From assembly GCA_019112735.1 (NCBI GenBank), contig DXIS01000033.1, positions 18,586 to 82,585 of the forward strand: a stretch of 64,000 nucleotides of DNA. The letters are read 5' to 3'. The stretch is from Candidatus Mediterraneibacter guildfordensis (lineage in GTDB: Bacteria; Bacillota; Clostridia; Lachnospirales; Lachnospiraceae). The translations under genes and the position numbers were made by a program. The notes beneath the pieces are model-generated. The model saw only the letters and a program-made list of their open reading frames with translations, had not been told where the DNA came from and made no database searches. Of the stretch, positions 9,803 through 18,456 are shown one piece after another; within the stretch, counting starts at the first letter, position 1, and each line of letters starts with the position of its first letter.

Positions 9803-9805
9803 AGC

Positions 9806-10477
9806 CTACCGGTGCCGCAGCGTATCCACCACCGTGTCAACCTGATTGTTGATGTGCTGCACCGTGATCTCTGTCGCTTTCGCCTTGTCATGCTCCCGGA
9901 TGGCCTGGATGATCGCCGCATGTTCCTCCAGGAGCTGGGGATAGCATTCTTTCTTCTTCAGGTACTCAATGCGGTACCGGTACATCTGCTCCCGCAGGTT
10001 ATTAAGAAGCTGTATGAGGCGTCGGTTGTCCGTCGCCTGGAAGATCACGTCGTGGAACGCTTCATCCGCCTCCCCGAGTTCCGTAATATCCGCCGTCCCG
10101 AGGATATCCCGGAAATGAGCCGCCGCGTCAAGCAGCTGCTGCATCCGCTCCGGGTCGATCCGGTCACAGGCGAGCTGCACCGCCAGTTCCTCCAGCGCGC
10201 AGCGCACCTCCAGCACGTCCCTCAGATTCTTCTCTGTGATCTCCGCCACTTCCGCGCCTTTTCGCGGGACCATCAGGACAAGGCCCTCCAGTTCAAGCTT
10301 CCGGATCGCTTCACGGATCGGCGTGCGGCTCACCCCCAGCTTATTGGCCAGCTGGATCTCCATCAGCCGCTCACCGGGCTTCAGCTCCCCGCGGAGGATC
10401 GCCCGCCGGAGCGTATTAAACACTACATCTCTCAGGGGCAGGTATTCATTCATAGTTACTTCAAAATCCATGGACAT
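9806..10477 (-). CDS. GntR/FCD family transcriptional regulator
   Basis: LKPGERL, GVSRTPIREA HTH; FCD C-terminus; conserved position after ispE. Confidence 0.93.
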   Translation of the reverse strand: MSMDFEVTMNEYLPLRDVVFNTLRRAILRGELKPGERLMEIQLANKLGVSRTPIREAIRKLELEGLVLMVPRKGAEVAEITEKNLRDVLEVRCALEELAVQLACDRIDPERMQQLLDAAAHFRDILGTADITELGEADEAFHDVIFQATDNRRLIQLLNNLREQMYRYRIEYLKKKECYPQLLEEHAAIIQAIREHDKAKATEITVQHINNQVDTVVDTLRHR

Positions 10478-10478
10478 C

Positions 10479-11360
10479 TCAGTCCCTCCTCACGCTGTGT
10501 ATATTCGTCACATAGACCTGTCTGGCCAGTGATTTTTCCCGGATATTTTTCTGCGCGGTCCGCGCCGCCGCCCGGTTCTCGAACAGGCCGAAGACCGTCG
10601 GTCCGCTTCCGCTCATCATGGCGCCGATGGCGCCCGCCTCCAGCATCTCCTGCTTGATCTGCGCGATCACCGGATGCATCGGGATCGTCACATCCTCCAG
10701 CACATTTCCCATGCTGCAGGCGATCTGTCTTAAGTCTCCTTCTTCCAGCCCTTTTATAATGCCGTCAATGTCCGGATGCTTCGGGATCTCTTCCGCATCC
10801 AGCGCCTCATAGACCATCTTCGTCGATACGCTGACCGGCGGTTTTGCGATCAGCACCGTGCATTTAGGCATCGCCGGGAGCCGGGTCAGTTCTTCTCCGA
10901 TCCCTTCCGCCAGCACGGTCCCCCGCATAATGCAGTAGGGGACATCCGCTCCCAGCTTCACGCCCCGGTCCATCAGTTCCTTCTGTGAAAGTCCCAGCCG
11001 GAACATCCGGTTCATGCCGAAGAGCACGGCCGCCGCGTTGGAACTGCCGCCCGCCAGGCCTGCCGCCACCGGGATATGCTTATCCAGGGTGATCCGCACG
11101 CCCTCCCGGATCCCGAACTCCTCCTTCAGAAGCTGTGCCGCCTTGTATGCGATATTGTTTCCGTCCGACGGCAGATAGCTGAGATTGGAACAAAGGCTGA
11201 TCCCCTCGTCCGCTCCCGTCTTTTCGATCCGGATCGTATCATACAGATAAATCGACTGCATGATCATCCGGACATCGTGATATCCGTTTTCTCTCTTTCC
11301 CAGCACGTCAAGACCGAGATTGATCTTGGCCAGTGCCTTCAGTTCCAGCTGATTCATCAT
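10479..11360 (-). CDS. ispE: 4-diphosphocytidyl-2-C-methyl-D-erythritol kinase
   Basis: AKINLGL, IPVAAGLAGGSSNAA, GADVP, MSGSGPT. Confidence 0.96.
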   Translation of the reverse strand: MMNQLELKALAKINLGLDVLGKRENGYHDVRMIMQSIYLYDTIRIEKTGADEGISLCSNLSYLPSDGNNIAYKAAQLLKEEFGIREGVRITLDKHIPVAAGLAGGSSNAAAVLFGMNRMFRLGLSQKELMDRGVKLGADVPYCIMRGTVLAEGIGEELTRLPAMPKCTVLIAKPPVSVSTKMVYEALDAEEIPKHPDIDGIIKGLEEGDLRQIACSMGNVLEDVTIPMHPVIAQIKQEMLEAGAIGAMMSGSGPTVFGLFENRAAARTAQKNIREKSLARQVYVTNIHSVRRD

Positions 11361-11397
11361 TTGTCCTCCTGTGTTCTGTATCTTGTATACAGTGTGC

Positions 11398-12957
11398 TTA
11401 TAGTATACTCACATTTTCTTTAAAAATCAACAATTTATCCCCGGGTGAAACTTTTTCTCCGCTCAGACCGTTGATCTCCATGATCCCTTCCACTGTTGTC
11501 ATGTATTTTCTGGCCAGTCCCCACAGATCCTCGCCGTCCTGCACGATATGCCCGACGATCCCGGGCGCTGCCGCCGCCTTCTCCATATCCTGCGGGGCGA
11601 GCGAGACTTCCGTGATCACCTGCACCGGGATCATTTTCCGCAGAAATACATCGAAGGACAGGAGCGCTTTGACTTCCACGGTCCCGCTGCCTGCAAGACC
11701 GACCGAGAGCTGTTCCACATGGCATGCCATGCTGTCGGATACATTTTCCGGCAGGTCCGGATATTCCACCAGATAACTGAACGGGACCATACCCTGCCAG
11801 TTTCCGTACGGCTCCTCGTCGCTTCCTTTCAGATAGAGGAAGGACAGATGAAGGATCCCTTCGATCCGGATGCCTTCCGGCACATACTCTTTGCGCTCTA
11901 CCTGGATCGTCCCCGTGCTGTGCAGGATCTGCAGGACGTCGTCCTTAAGTTCCGGCAGGGTCAGCCGCTCCGCCACCCGGCAGCCGGACCGGTTCTGCAT
12001 GAGCAGTTCTTCCAGGTCCGTCCCGCTGGTTTTATAAGTGCACACCTGCTCCAGCGAATACAGGTCCTCCAGGATCTCAGTTTCTTCCTCTTCAAAGATG
12101 TGCATCTCCAGCGTCAGCATCCCCTCGATGCCGATCAGCCTCAGCTCTCCGTCCTCATCCGGCCGGATATCTGTCAGAATATCCGTCAGTTCATGCCGGA
12201 TATGGTAGTACATGCCTTCCGTGACGCCGTCGCACAGGACACGCCCCTCAAAAGGCACGCTCTGCTCGAACCAGTCCGCCTTCTCTCCTGCAGACAGATA
12301 CATGCAGAAGATCTGCAGTTCGCCCCGCAGGCTGATCTCATCCTGTCCCGGACGGATGTCCAGCCTCCGGAGGCTGACGTCGGTGACCAGGATCTCTCCG
12401 ATGCTCTCCTTCGTCCCCGGAAGCGCGACCTCCTCCCGGATCCGGTATGTATCCTTTTTGGAAACCGCGAGCTTCAGCAGATTCAACTTCCGCATTTTCC
12501 TGCACAGCGGCACATCAGATTCCACATTCTCCGTCAGCTCCGCGTCCCGGATCCATTCCCGGCCGAGTTCCATTTCCGCCATGAATTTCAGCATCAGTTT
12601 TCTTCCGTTGATCAGCACCGGAGTAAACTCCACCCGGGCATTACACAGGTAAAATGTCTCATTCCCGTCTGTCTCCGTATACACGGTCTCCTCGAACGGG
12701 ATCTTTCCCTCCAGCGCCGCCGGTTTCGGATCTCCTGAAGAAGTCATATAAAGGATATGGAAATCCAGCGTCCCCGTGATCCGGATCCCGTTTTCCACCG
12801 GCCGGATATCCGACGAGCGCAGCCCTGCGCTGCCGCAGATGATCCGCCCCACATCCTCCCTCTGCTCCGGTACATTATAGTCCTCATCATGATAAAACTG
12901 GTGGAAGATATTCTTCCCCGCCTGCGTGTAATGGATCGGTTTTCTGATCAGTTCCAT
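11398..12957 (-). CDS. sipL: SPOCS (DUF3794) repeat plus C-terminal LysM spore coat morphogenetic protein, SipL-like
   Basis: Repeated SPOCS-like units, terminal HIVQDGEDLWGLARKY LysM; start set at MELIRK after AGGAG. Confidence 0.82.
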   Translation of the reverse strand: MELIRKPIHYTQAGKNIFHQFYHDEDYNVPEQREDVGRIICGSAGLRSSDIRPVENGIRITGTLDFHILYMTSSGDPKPAALEGKIPFEETVYTETDGNETFYLCNARVEFTPVLINGRKLMLKFMAEMELGREWIRDAELTENVESDVPLCRKMRKLNLLKLAVSKKDTYRIREEVALPGTKESIGEILVTDVSLRRLDIRPGQDEISLRGELQIFCMYLSAGEKADWFEQSVPFEGRVLCDGVTEGMYYHIRHELTDILTDIRPDEDGELRLIGIEGMLTLEMHIFEEEETEILEDLYSLEQVCTYKTSGTDLEELLMQNRSGCRVAERLTLPELKDDVLQILHSTGTIQVERKEYVPEGIRIEGILHLSFLYLKGSDEEPYGNWQGMVPFSYLVEYPDLPENVSDSMACHVEQLSVGLAGSGTVEVKALLSFDVFLRKMIPVQVITEVSLAPQDMEKAAAAPGIVGHIVQDGEDLWGLARKYMTTVEGIMEINGLSGEKVSPGDKLLIFKENVSIL

Positions 12958-12979
12958 CCTGCTCCTCCTTACTCCCTGC

Positions 12980-13387
12980 TCAGTCAAACAACACATCTTT
13001 TTCAATATATTCCATCTGTACGATCACGCACGGATACGTCGGGGCTCCGCGGATCTCCTCCTGCGCCCCCGGTCCGAGCAGCCGGGTCCGGATATGTACG
13101 GCGTCCTCCGTCTCGTACAGTTCCCTGACTTCCACACTGTACCCCGTCGTCTCCTTTCTTCCGTAGCCCTCCGCGATCCAGAGGAGCCCCTGCTCTGCAA
13201 AAATGAGCCGGTACGGATCCTCTCTGGCCTCATCGATCATCGTCCGCAGCTCTTCCGGGGCATCCTCCTCATCTGTCACGGTAAACTCAAGATCCCTAAG
13301 CTTCATCGCACTGTCGTACTGCGTCACACATCCCGGAAGGACGGACAGCACAGCCAGGATCAGAACCCCCGCCACAAAGCATTTCAT
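12980..13387 (-). CDS. PrcB C-terminal-domain family lipoprotein
   Basis: Signal peptide with LPGC lipobox; GYGRKETTGYSVEV and TYPCVIV motifs. Confidence 0.7.
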   Translation of the reverse strand: MKCFVAGVLILAVLSVLPGCVTQYDSAMKLRDLEFTVTDEEDAPEELRTMIDEAREDPYRLIFAEQGLLWIAEGYGRKETTGYSVEVRELYETEDAVHIRTRLLGPGAQEEIRGAPTYPCVIVQMEYIEKDVLFD

Positions 13388-13420
13388 CCCAGACTCCCGC
13401 TGCATTTAAAGTTCTCTATA

Positions 13421-13449
13421 AACATATGAATCCCCCGCGTTCTTCATGC
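13421..13449 (-). promoter_or_regulatory. sigmaE-like promoter for the PrcB-family gene and sipL
   Basis: GCATG-N16-CATATGTT on the minus strand. Confidence 0.5.
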
Positions 13450-13545
13450 TTGTTTTTTCGATTTTCACAGAGTATAATTATCAGTAGCGCACGCCCGCCA
13501 TCCGGCGTATTGTGCAGTAATACAAGAGAGAATGAGGGTTAAATC

Positions 13546-14280
13546 ATGATCCGTTTCATATTTGTCGTAATATTCGTCGTGCTGTTCCTCATCATAACAG
13601 CGCCTGTCCGCCTGGTCATGTGGCTTCTTCACAAATCATCCCCGCAGACCAGCGACATCTGCTCCCTGCGCATCGTCCAGTGGGCATTCAGATCGATCCT
13701 CCGGATCACCGGCGTCAGGACAACCGTGATCGGGGAAGAAAATGTTCCCGATGAGCCGGTCCTCTTTATCGGCAACCACCGGAGTTACTTTGACATCCTG
13801 CTCACCTACAGCAGATGCAGACGCCCGACCGGCTATGTGGCAAAAAAAGAAATGGAAAAATATCCGGGACTTTCTTCCTGGATGCGCCGTCTGCACTGCC
13901 TCTTCCTTGACCGGAAAGACCCGAAGGAAGGATTGAAGATGATCCTGCAGGCCATCGACTATGTCAAAAACGGGATCTCCATCTGCATCTTCCCCGAAGG
14001 GACCCGGAATCCCGGTGAGGAACTTAGCATGCTGCCATTCCGCGACGGCGCCCTGAAGATCGCGACCAAGAGCGGATGCGCCATCGTTCCGATCTCCATG
14101 AACAACACCGCGGAAATCTTCGAGAATCATCTGCCGAAGATTCGGAAGACCCACGTCGTGATCGAATACGGAAAGCCGATCTATCCGGATCAGCTGGATA
14201 AAGATACAAAAAGACATATCGGGGAATATGTAGAAAAAGTGATCAGCGATACCATCCACAAAAATGCGGAGCTGGTATAG
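13546..14280 (+). CDS. plsC: 1-acyl-sn-glycerol-3-phosphate acyltransferase
   Basis: NHRSYFD (HxxxxD), FLDR, FPEGTR motifs. Confidence 0.93.
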   Translation: MIRFIFVVIFVVLFLIITAPVRLVMWLLHKSSPQTSDICSLRIVQWAFRSILRITGVRTTVIGEENVPDEPVLFIGNHRSYFDILLTYSRCRRPTGYVAKKEMEKYPGLSSWMRRLHCLFLDRKDPKEGLKMILQAIDYVKNGISICIFPEGTRNPGEELSMLPFRDGALKIATKSGCAIVPISMNNTAEIFENHLPKIRKTHVVIEYGKPIYPDQLDKDTKRHIGEYVEKVISDTIHKNAELV

Positions 14281-14290
14281 GGATTCAATC

Positions 14291-14524
14291 AGAATGCGGA
14301 TTCACGGAATAAGGGATAAAGCCGTACCGGTGACTGTGGAGCGGCTGTAGAAAAAGTAAAAAACGGAGCGCTGACTTTAGGAGCAGAGATGAAGTTGTCT
14401 GAGCGAATGCGAGTTCTTCATCTCTGCTCCTGTTCTTTGTCAGTGTTCCGTTTTTGTAGTTTTTCTTAAGCTGCGGAACCGGAAACGGGAAGGTTTTATC
14501 CCTTATTCCGTGAATCCGTATTCT
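14291..14524 (+). repeat. 234-bp imperfect palindrome (MITE/REP-like element or structured RNA)
   Basis: 30-bp terminal arms 14291-14320/14495-14524 (29/30 Watson-Crick), nested stems, perfect 16-bp inner stem 14379-14394/14416-14431. Confidence 0.9.
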
Positions 14525-14584
14525 CATAGAAATTTATTGTTGTATTCTATGCTGCAAGTTCCGTTCAGTTCGATAAACAGGAAT

Positions 14585-14848
14585 CTACCGCAGCACCACC
14601 GCCGCAACGATCACGCAATGCACTACGAACATCACCGGCACGCCGATGAAAAACTTTGCTTTCTTTGTCTTGTGCCGGAACAGCATCATGCCCGCCAGCG
14701 CGCCGACGGATCCGCCGATCAGCGCCAGCAGCAGGAGGGTCCGCTCCGGGATCCGCCATTTTCCGGCTTTCGCTTTCCATTTATCCAGCCCGTATGTGAT
14801 CCATGTCACAACGTTAATAATGATCAGATACCACATCAGGATTCTCAT
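14585..14848 (-). CDS. DUF1294 membrane protein
   Basis: YGLDKWKAK...WRIPERTL...GGSVGA...FRHKTKK signature. Confidence 0.92.
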   Translation of the reverse strand: MRILMWYLIIINVVTWITYGLDKWKAKAGKWRIPERTLLLLALIGGSVGALAGMMLFRHKTKKAKFFIGVPVMFVVHCVIVAAVVLR

Positions 14849-17800
14849 ACGATGATCTCCTCTCCCAGTGTAAATGAATAGATGATTTTTTCTTTCACCG
14901 GCTTTCCAGTCAGTTTTTCCAGCGCTTCAGCATAATAGTCGAGCTGCGCGTGATATTTTTCTTTCAGTTCATCCGCTGTTTTTACCCGGTCTGTTTTGTA
15001 GTCGAGAACGGTGAGCCCGTCCGCTTCTTCGAAATAGACGTCTATGATCCCCTGCACGAGGATCTTCTCGCCGAACCGGTCTTCCGGATAGATCTCACGG
15101 GCGTCAACAGCCATGACGAAGGGCTGCTCCCGGTACAGCCGTCCGGCCCGGGCCGCCGCGGACATCCGTCTGCCGGATCTGCAGGTCAGGAATCTGAGGA
15201 TGTCCCGGGAACGGATGCAGGCTGCCATCTCTTCTGTGAGCCGGCCCGTTTCACGGAAATGTCCGACCGCTCCAGCGAGCTTATCCTCACCGTCCGCCGC
15301 CCCGTATTCCTCGCGGAAATCCAGAAGCTCCATCAGTTTATGGTAGGCGCTTCCCCGGGATGCCCCGGTCAGCGCTTCCTCTTCCTTCATAAATGCCGGA
15401 AGAAGAGGGATCACCTCCGGCTCCTCATACATCTCTTCACCGGCTTCTTCTGCAAGGACCGCCCGTTTTTTAAGTTCAGAGACCGTGAACTTCAGCTTCA
15501 TTTTTCCTTCGTTCTCAAATGGATAACTGTAGTCCAGCTGATCATCCAGCCGCTTCCTGAATTCCGGCAGTTCCGTCTTCGAGGCGTCCCAGTGGCGGAA
15601 CGCATCTTCCGCAAGTTCTTCCCCCCGGATCTCCGTCTCTGCCGGGCGGAGTTCTTCCGCACCGGCTGTCCGGATATCGACCGGCGCATCCGATTTCACC
15701 TCGCCCGTATCCTCTGATATAATGCAGGGCAGGATCCAGTCCAGATATTTTTTCGCCCCCTCCGGGCGGATGATGCTGTTCTCCATCTTAAGCGCCCCGT
15801 CTTCCGTAAATTCCGCGGCGCCCGTCATGATCAGCTTCTCTTTCGCGCGGGTCAGCGCCACATAGAGAACGCGCATTTCCTCGGCAAGATTCTCAAGGAC
15901 CGTGCGCTCGCGGATCATTTTTTTCAGGAATGTGGGTGTCTTCGTCCGGCGCTTAAGGTCGATCAGGTCCAGCCCGGCGCCCCACTCGGAATGCAGCAGC
16001 ACGCTGCCCTTCAGGTCCTGGGTGCTAAAATTCTTCCCAAGCCCGGCCACAAACACGACCGGGAACTCCAGGCCTTTGCTCTTGTGGATGCTCATAACGC
16101 GGACCGTATTCTCCTGTTCATCCATGATCCCGGCCTCGCCGTAATCCACATCGTATTTCTTCAGCTGTTCGATATACCGGATAAAATTAAACAGACCTTT
16201 ATAGCTGGTCCCCTCGAACGCCGCCGCCCGCTCTGTCAGCATGTCGAGATTTGCCGCCCGCTGCGCGCCTCCCGGCATGGCCGTGATGTACAGCCGGTAT
16301 CCGGTCTTTTCCATGACCTCCTCCAGCAGTTCGTGGATGGGCGTGTAAGGCACTTTCCGCCGGAAATATGCCGCCCGGGCGTAAAATTGCCGCAGCTTCT
16401 CCGCCGCGCTCTGCCCGGGGACGCTCTCTGTTCCATCCGCTGCGCTCTGTCCGGGTCCGCACTCCGCATCCTGTGCTTCCGCATACATCTGCGCTGCCTG
16501 GTAAAAGGGTATGTTCGGATACGCGATCCGGACCGCCGCAAGCTCCCGCGCATCCAGGCCGCCGAAAGGCGAGGTCAGCACGGCCGCCAGAGGCAGGTCC
16601 TGCCTTGCATTGTCCAGGATCCTCAGATAGTCCAGCAGCACGCTCACTTCGTATGTCTCGAAATAGCCCTCCCGGCTTACCGAGTAAGCCGGAATGCCTT
16701 CTTCCCCGAGCACGGAAGAACAGGTCTCCGCCCATCCGCGGATGCTCCGTGCCAGGATCACAATATCGCTGTACCGGACCCGCCGGAGCGTTTCTGTCTC
16801 CTTGTCATACACCGAACCGTCCCGGATCAGTCCGTGGATCCGCCGGGCGATCATCCTTGCCTCCGCCTGCGCGGCGTCATCCTCCCCGGTATCCTTCTTA
16901 TCCAGAAGAAGAAGTTCACTCCGGTACGGATCCTCCCCGTGATCCGGAAGCGGCGGGAACTGTGCGCCCGGATAAAGGGCCGCGTGATCGTCATACTCGA
17001 TCCCGCCCATTTCCCGGTGCATGAGCTGCCGGAAAATGTAATTCACACTGTCCAGCACTTCGGCACGGCTTCGGAAATTTCGGTGGAGGTCGATCCGCTG
17101 CCGGTCACTGTCCTCCAGGCTGTATGTATGGTATTTCTCCATAAAAAGTTCCGGCCGGGACATGCGGAAACTGTAAATGCTCTGCTTCACATCGCCGACC
17201 ATGAACACATTATTCTGCCCGCGGCTCACCCGCGACACACTGTTCAGGATCGTCTCCTGCACCAGGTTGCTGTCCTGGTACTCATCGATCATTACCTCAT
17301 CAAACTGTTCCTGATATTCCTGCGCTGCCGCTGACGGCACCAGCTGTCCGTCCTTTTCCTCCGTGAGGATGGACAGGGCGAACTGCTCCATATCGCTGAA
17401 ATCGATCAGGTTCCGGGCCCGTTTCTTCTCATCCAGCAGCGCCGTGAACTTCTTTACAAGTCCGGCCAGCACGGCCAGGGACGGGGCCGCGTCCTCCATA
17501 TCCTTCTCCCATACCGGGCGGGGGACATAGAAATAATCCGCCTTCAGGTCATCAAGCAGCGCTTTCGCCTGGGCGCGCAGTTTCTTCACCTTCTCCTTTT
17601 TCTCCGGAGAGACGGTCTCATCCTTTTTCGAAGACAGCCGTTTCCACGTAAAGCCGGCAGCCGCCTCATACATCCCGTCAAAATCCCCGGCCTGCGCAAG
17701 CTTCTTCAGCTCCTTCAGATCCGACTCCAGCATATCCCCGTACATGTAAGGGCCGTCCGGCGTTTCACACACCTTGAGCCCCCGCTCCAGCACCCGGCGT

Positions 17801-18456
17801 ATATCCTCGGACCTTGTCCGGACCCGTTCCACGGCGGCCTCTGCAAGCACCGCCGGATCGCCCGACGCAGCGCACCGGTCCAGCCAACGCTCCGGCCGGG
17901 GATAGCTTCGGGAATATTCATACATTTTCAGAATGATCCCCTCGATCTTCCGGTCGTTCCGGCCTGTCCCGAACCGCTCGGTAAACTCCAGGAAATTCTC
18001 CTCCCCGGACGCATAACACGCCTCCAGCAGTTCATCCATCACGTCCTGTTTGAGAAGCTTCAGCTCCCCTTCTTCTGCGATCCGGAATCCCGGATCGATC
18101 CCGATCACATGGAAGTGATCCCGGATGACTGACAGGCAGAAACTGTGGATCGTCGTGATCTGCGCGCTGTAGATCAAAGTCGCCTGCCGCTCCAGGTGGG
18201 CGTCCCCCGGATGCGCCTCCAGCAGCTTCTCAACCGCCGCTCCGATCCGCTCCTTCATCTCGGCCGCTGCGGCCTCCGTGTACGTCACGATCAACAGGCG
18301 GTCCACGTCCAGCGGCGGATCATCCTGCGTCAGCCGGCTGATAATCCGCTCCACCAGCACCGCCGTCTTTCCCGAGCCGGCGGCGGCGGATACAAGGATA
18401 TTGCGGCCGCGCAGATCGATGACTTTCTGCTGTTCACTTGTCCATTTCACACTCAC
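14845..18456 (-). CDS. addA: ATP-dependent helicase/nuclease subunit A
   Basis: SAAAGSGKT, DEYQD, VGDVKQSIY, HKSKGLEF, YVALTRA, GIID/DYKT nuclease; GTG start overlapping the addB stop. Confidence 0.96.
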   Translation of the reverse strand: MSVKWTSEQQKVIDLRGRNILVSAAAGSGKTAVLVERIISRLTQDDPPLDVDRLLIVTYTEAAAAEMKERIGAAVEKLLEAHPGDAHLERQATLIYSAQITTIHSFCLSVIRDHFHVIGIDPGFRIAEEGELKLLKQDVMDELLEACYASGEENFLEFTERFGTGRNDRKIEGIILKMYEYSRSYPRPERWLDRCAASGDPAVLAEAAVERVRTRSEDIRRVLERGLKVCETPDGPYMYGDMLESDLKELKKLAQAGDFDGMYEAAAGFTWKRLSSKKDETVSPEKKEKVKKLRAQAKALLDDLKADYFYVPRPVWEKDMEDAAPSLAVLAGLVKKFTALLDEKKRARNLIDFSDMEQFALSILTEEKDGQLVPSAAAQEYQEQFDEVMIDEYQDSNLVQETILNSVSRVSRGQNNVFMVGDVKQSIYSFRMSRPELFMEKYHTYSLEDSDRQRIDLHRNFRSRAEVLDSVNYIFRQLMHREMGGIEYDDHAALYPGAQFPPLPDHGEDPYRSELLLLDKKDTGEDDAAQAEARMIARRIHGLIRDGSVYDKETETLRRVRYSDIVILARSIRGWAETCSSVLGEEGIPAYSVSREGYFETYEVSVLLDYLRILDNARQDLPLAAVLTSPFGGLDARELAAVRIAYPNIPFYQAAQMYAEAQDAECGPGQSAADGTESVPGQSAAEKLRQFYARAAYFRRKVPYTPIHELLEEVMEKTGYRLYITAMPGGAQRAANLDMLTERAAAFEGTSYKGLFNFIRYIEQLKKYDVDYGEAGIMDEQENTVRVMSIHKSKGLEFPVVFVAGLGKNFSTQDLKGSVLLHSEWGAGLDLIDLKRRTKTPTFLKKMIRERTVLENLAEEMRVLYVALTRAKEKLIMTGAAEFTEDGALKMENSIIRPEGAKKYLDWILPCIISEDTGEVKSDAPVDIRTAGAEELRPAETEIRGEELAEDAFRHWDASKTELPEFRKRLDDQLDYSYPFENEGKMKLKFTVSELKKRAVLAEEAGEEMYEEPEVIPLLPAFMKEEEALTGASRGSAYHKLMELLDFREEYGAADGEDKLAGAVGHFRETGRLTEEMAACIRSRDILRFLTCRSGRRMSAAARAGRLYREQPFVMAVDAREIYPEDRFGEKILVQGIIDVYFEEADGLTVLDYKTDRVKTADELKEKYHAQLDYYAEALEKLTGKPVKEKIIYSFTLGEEIIV

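Noticed and set aside
14285-14527. 80-aa minus-strand ORF across the palindrome
   Set aside because: No RBS or recognisable motif; a by-product of the inverted repeat
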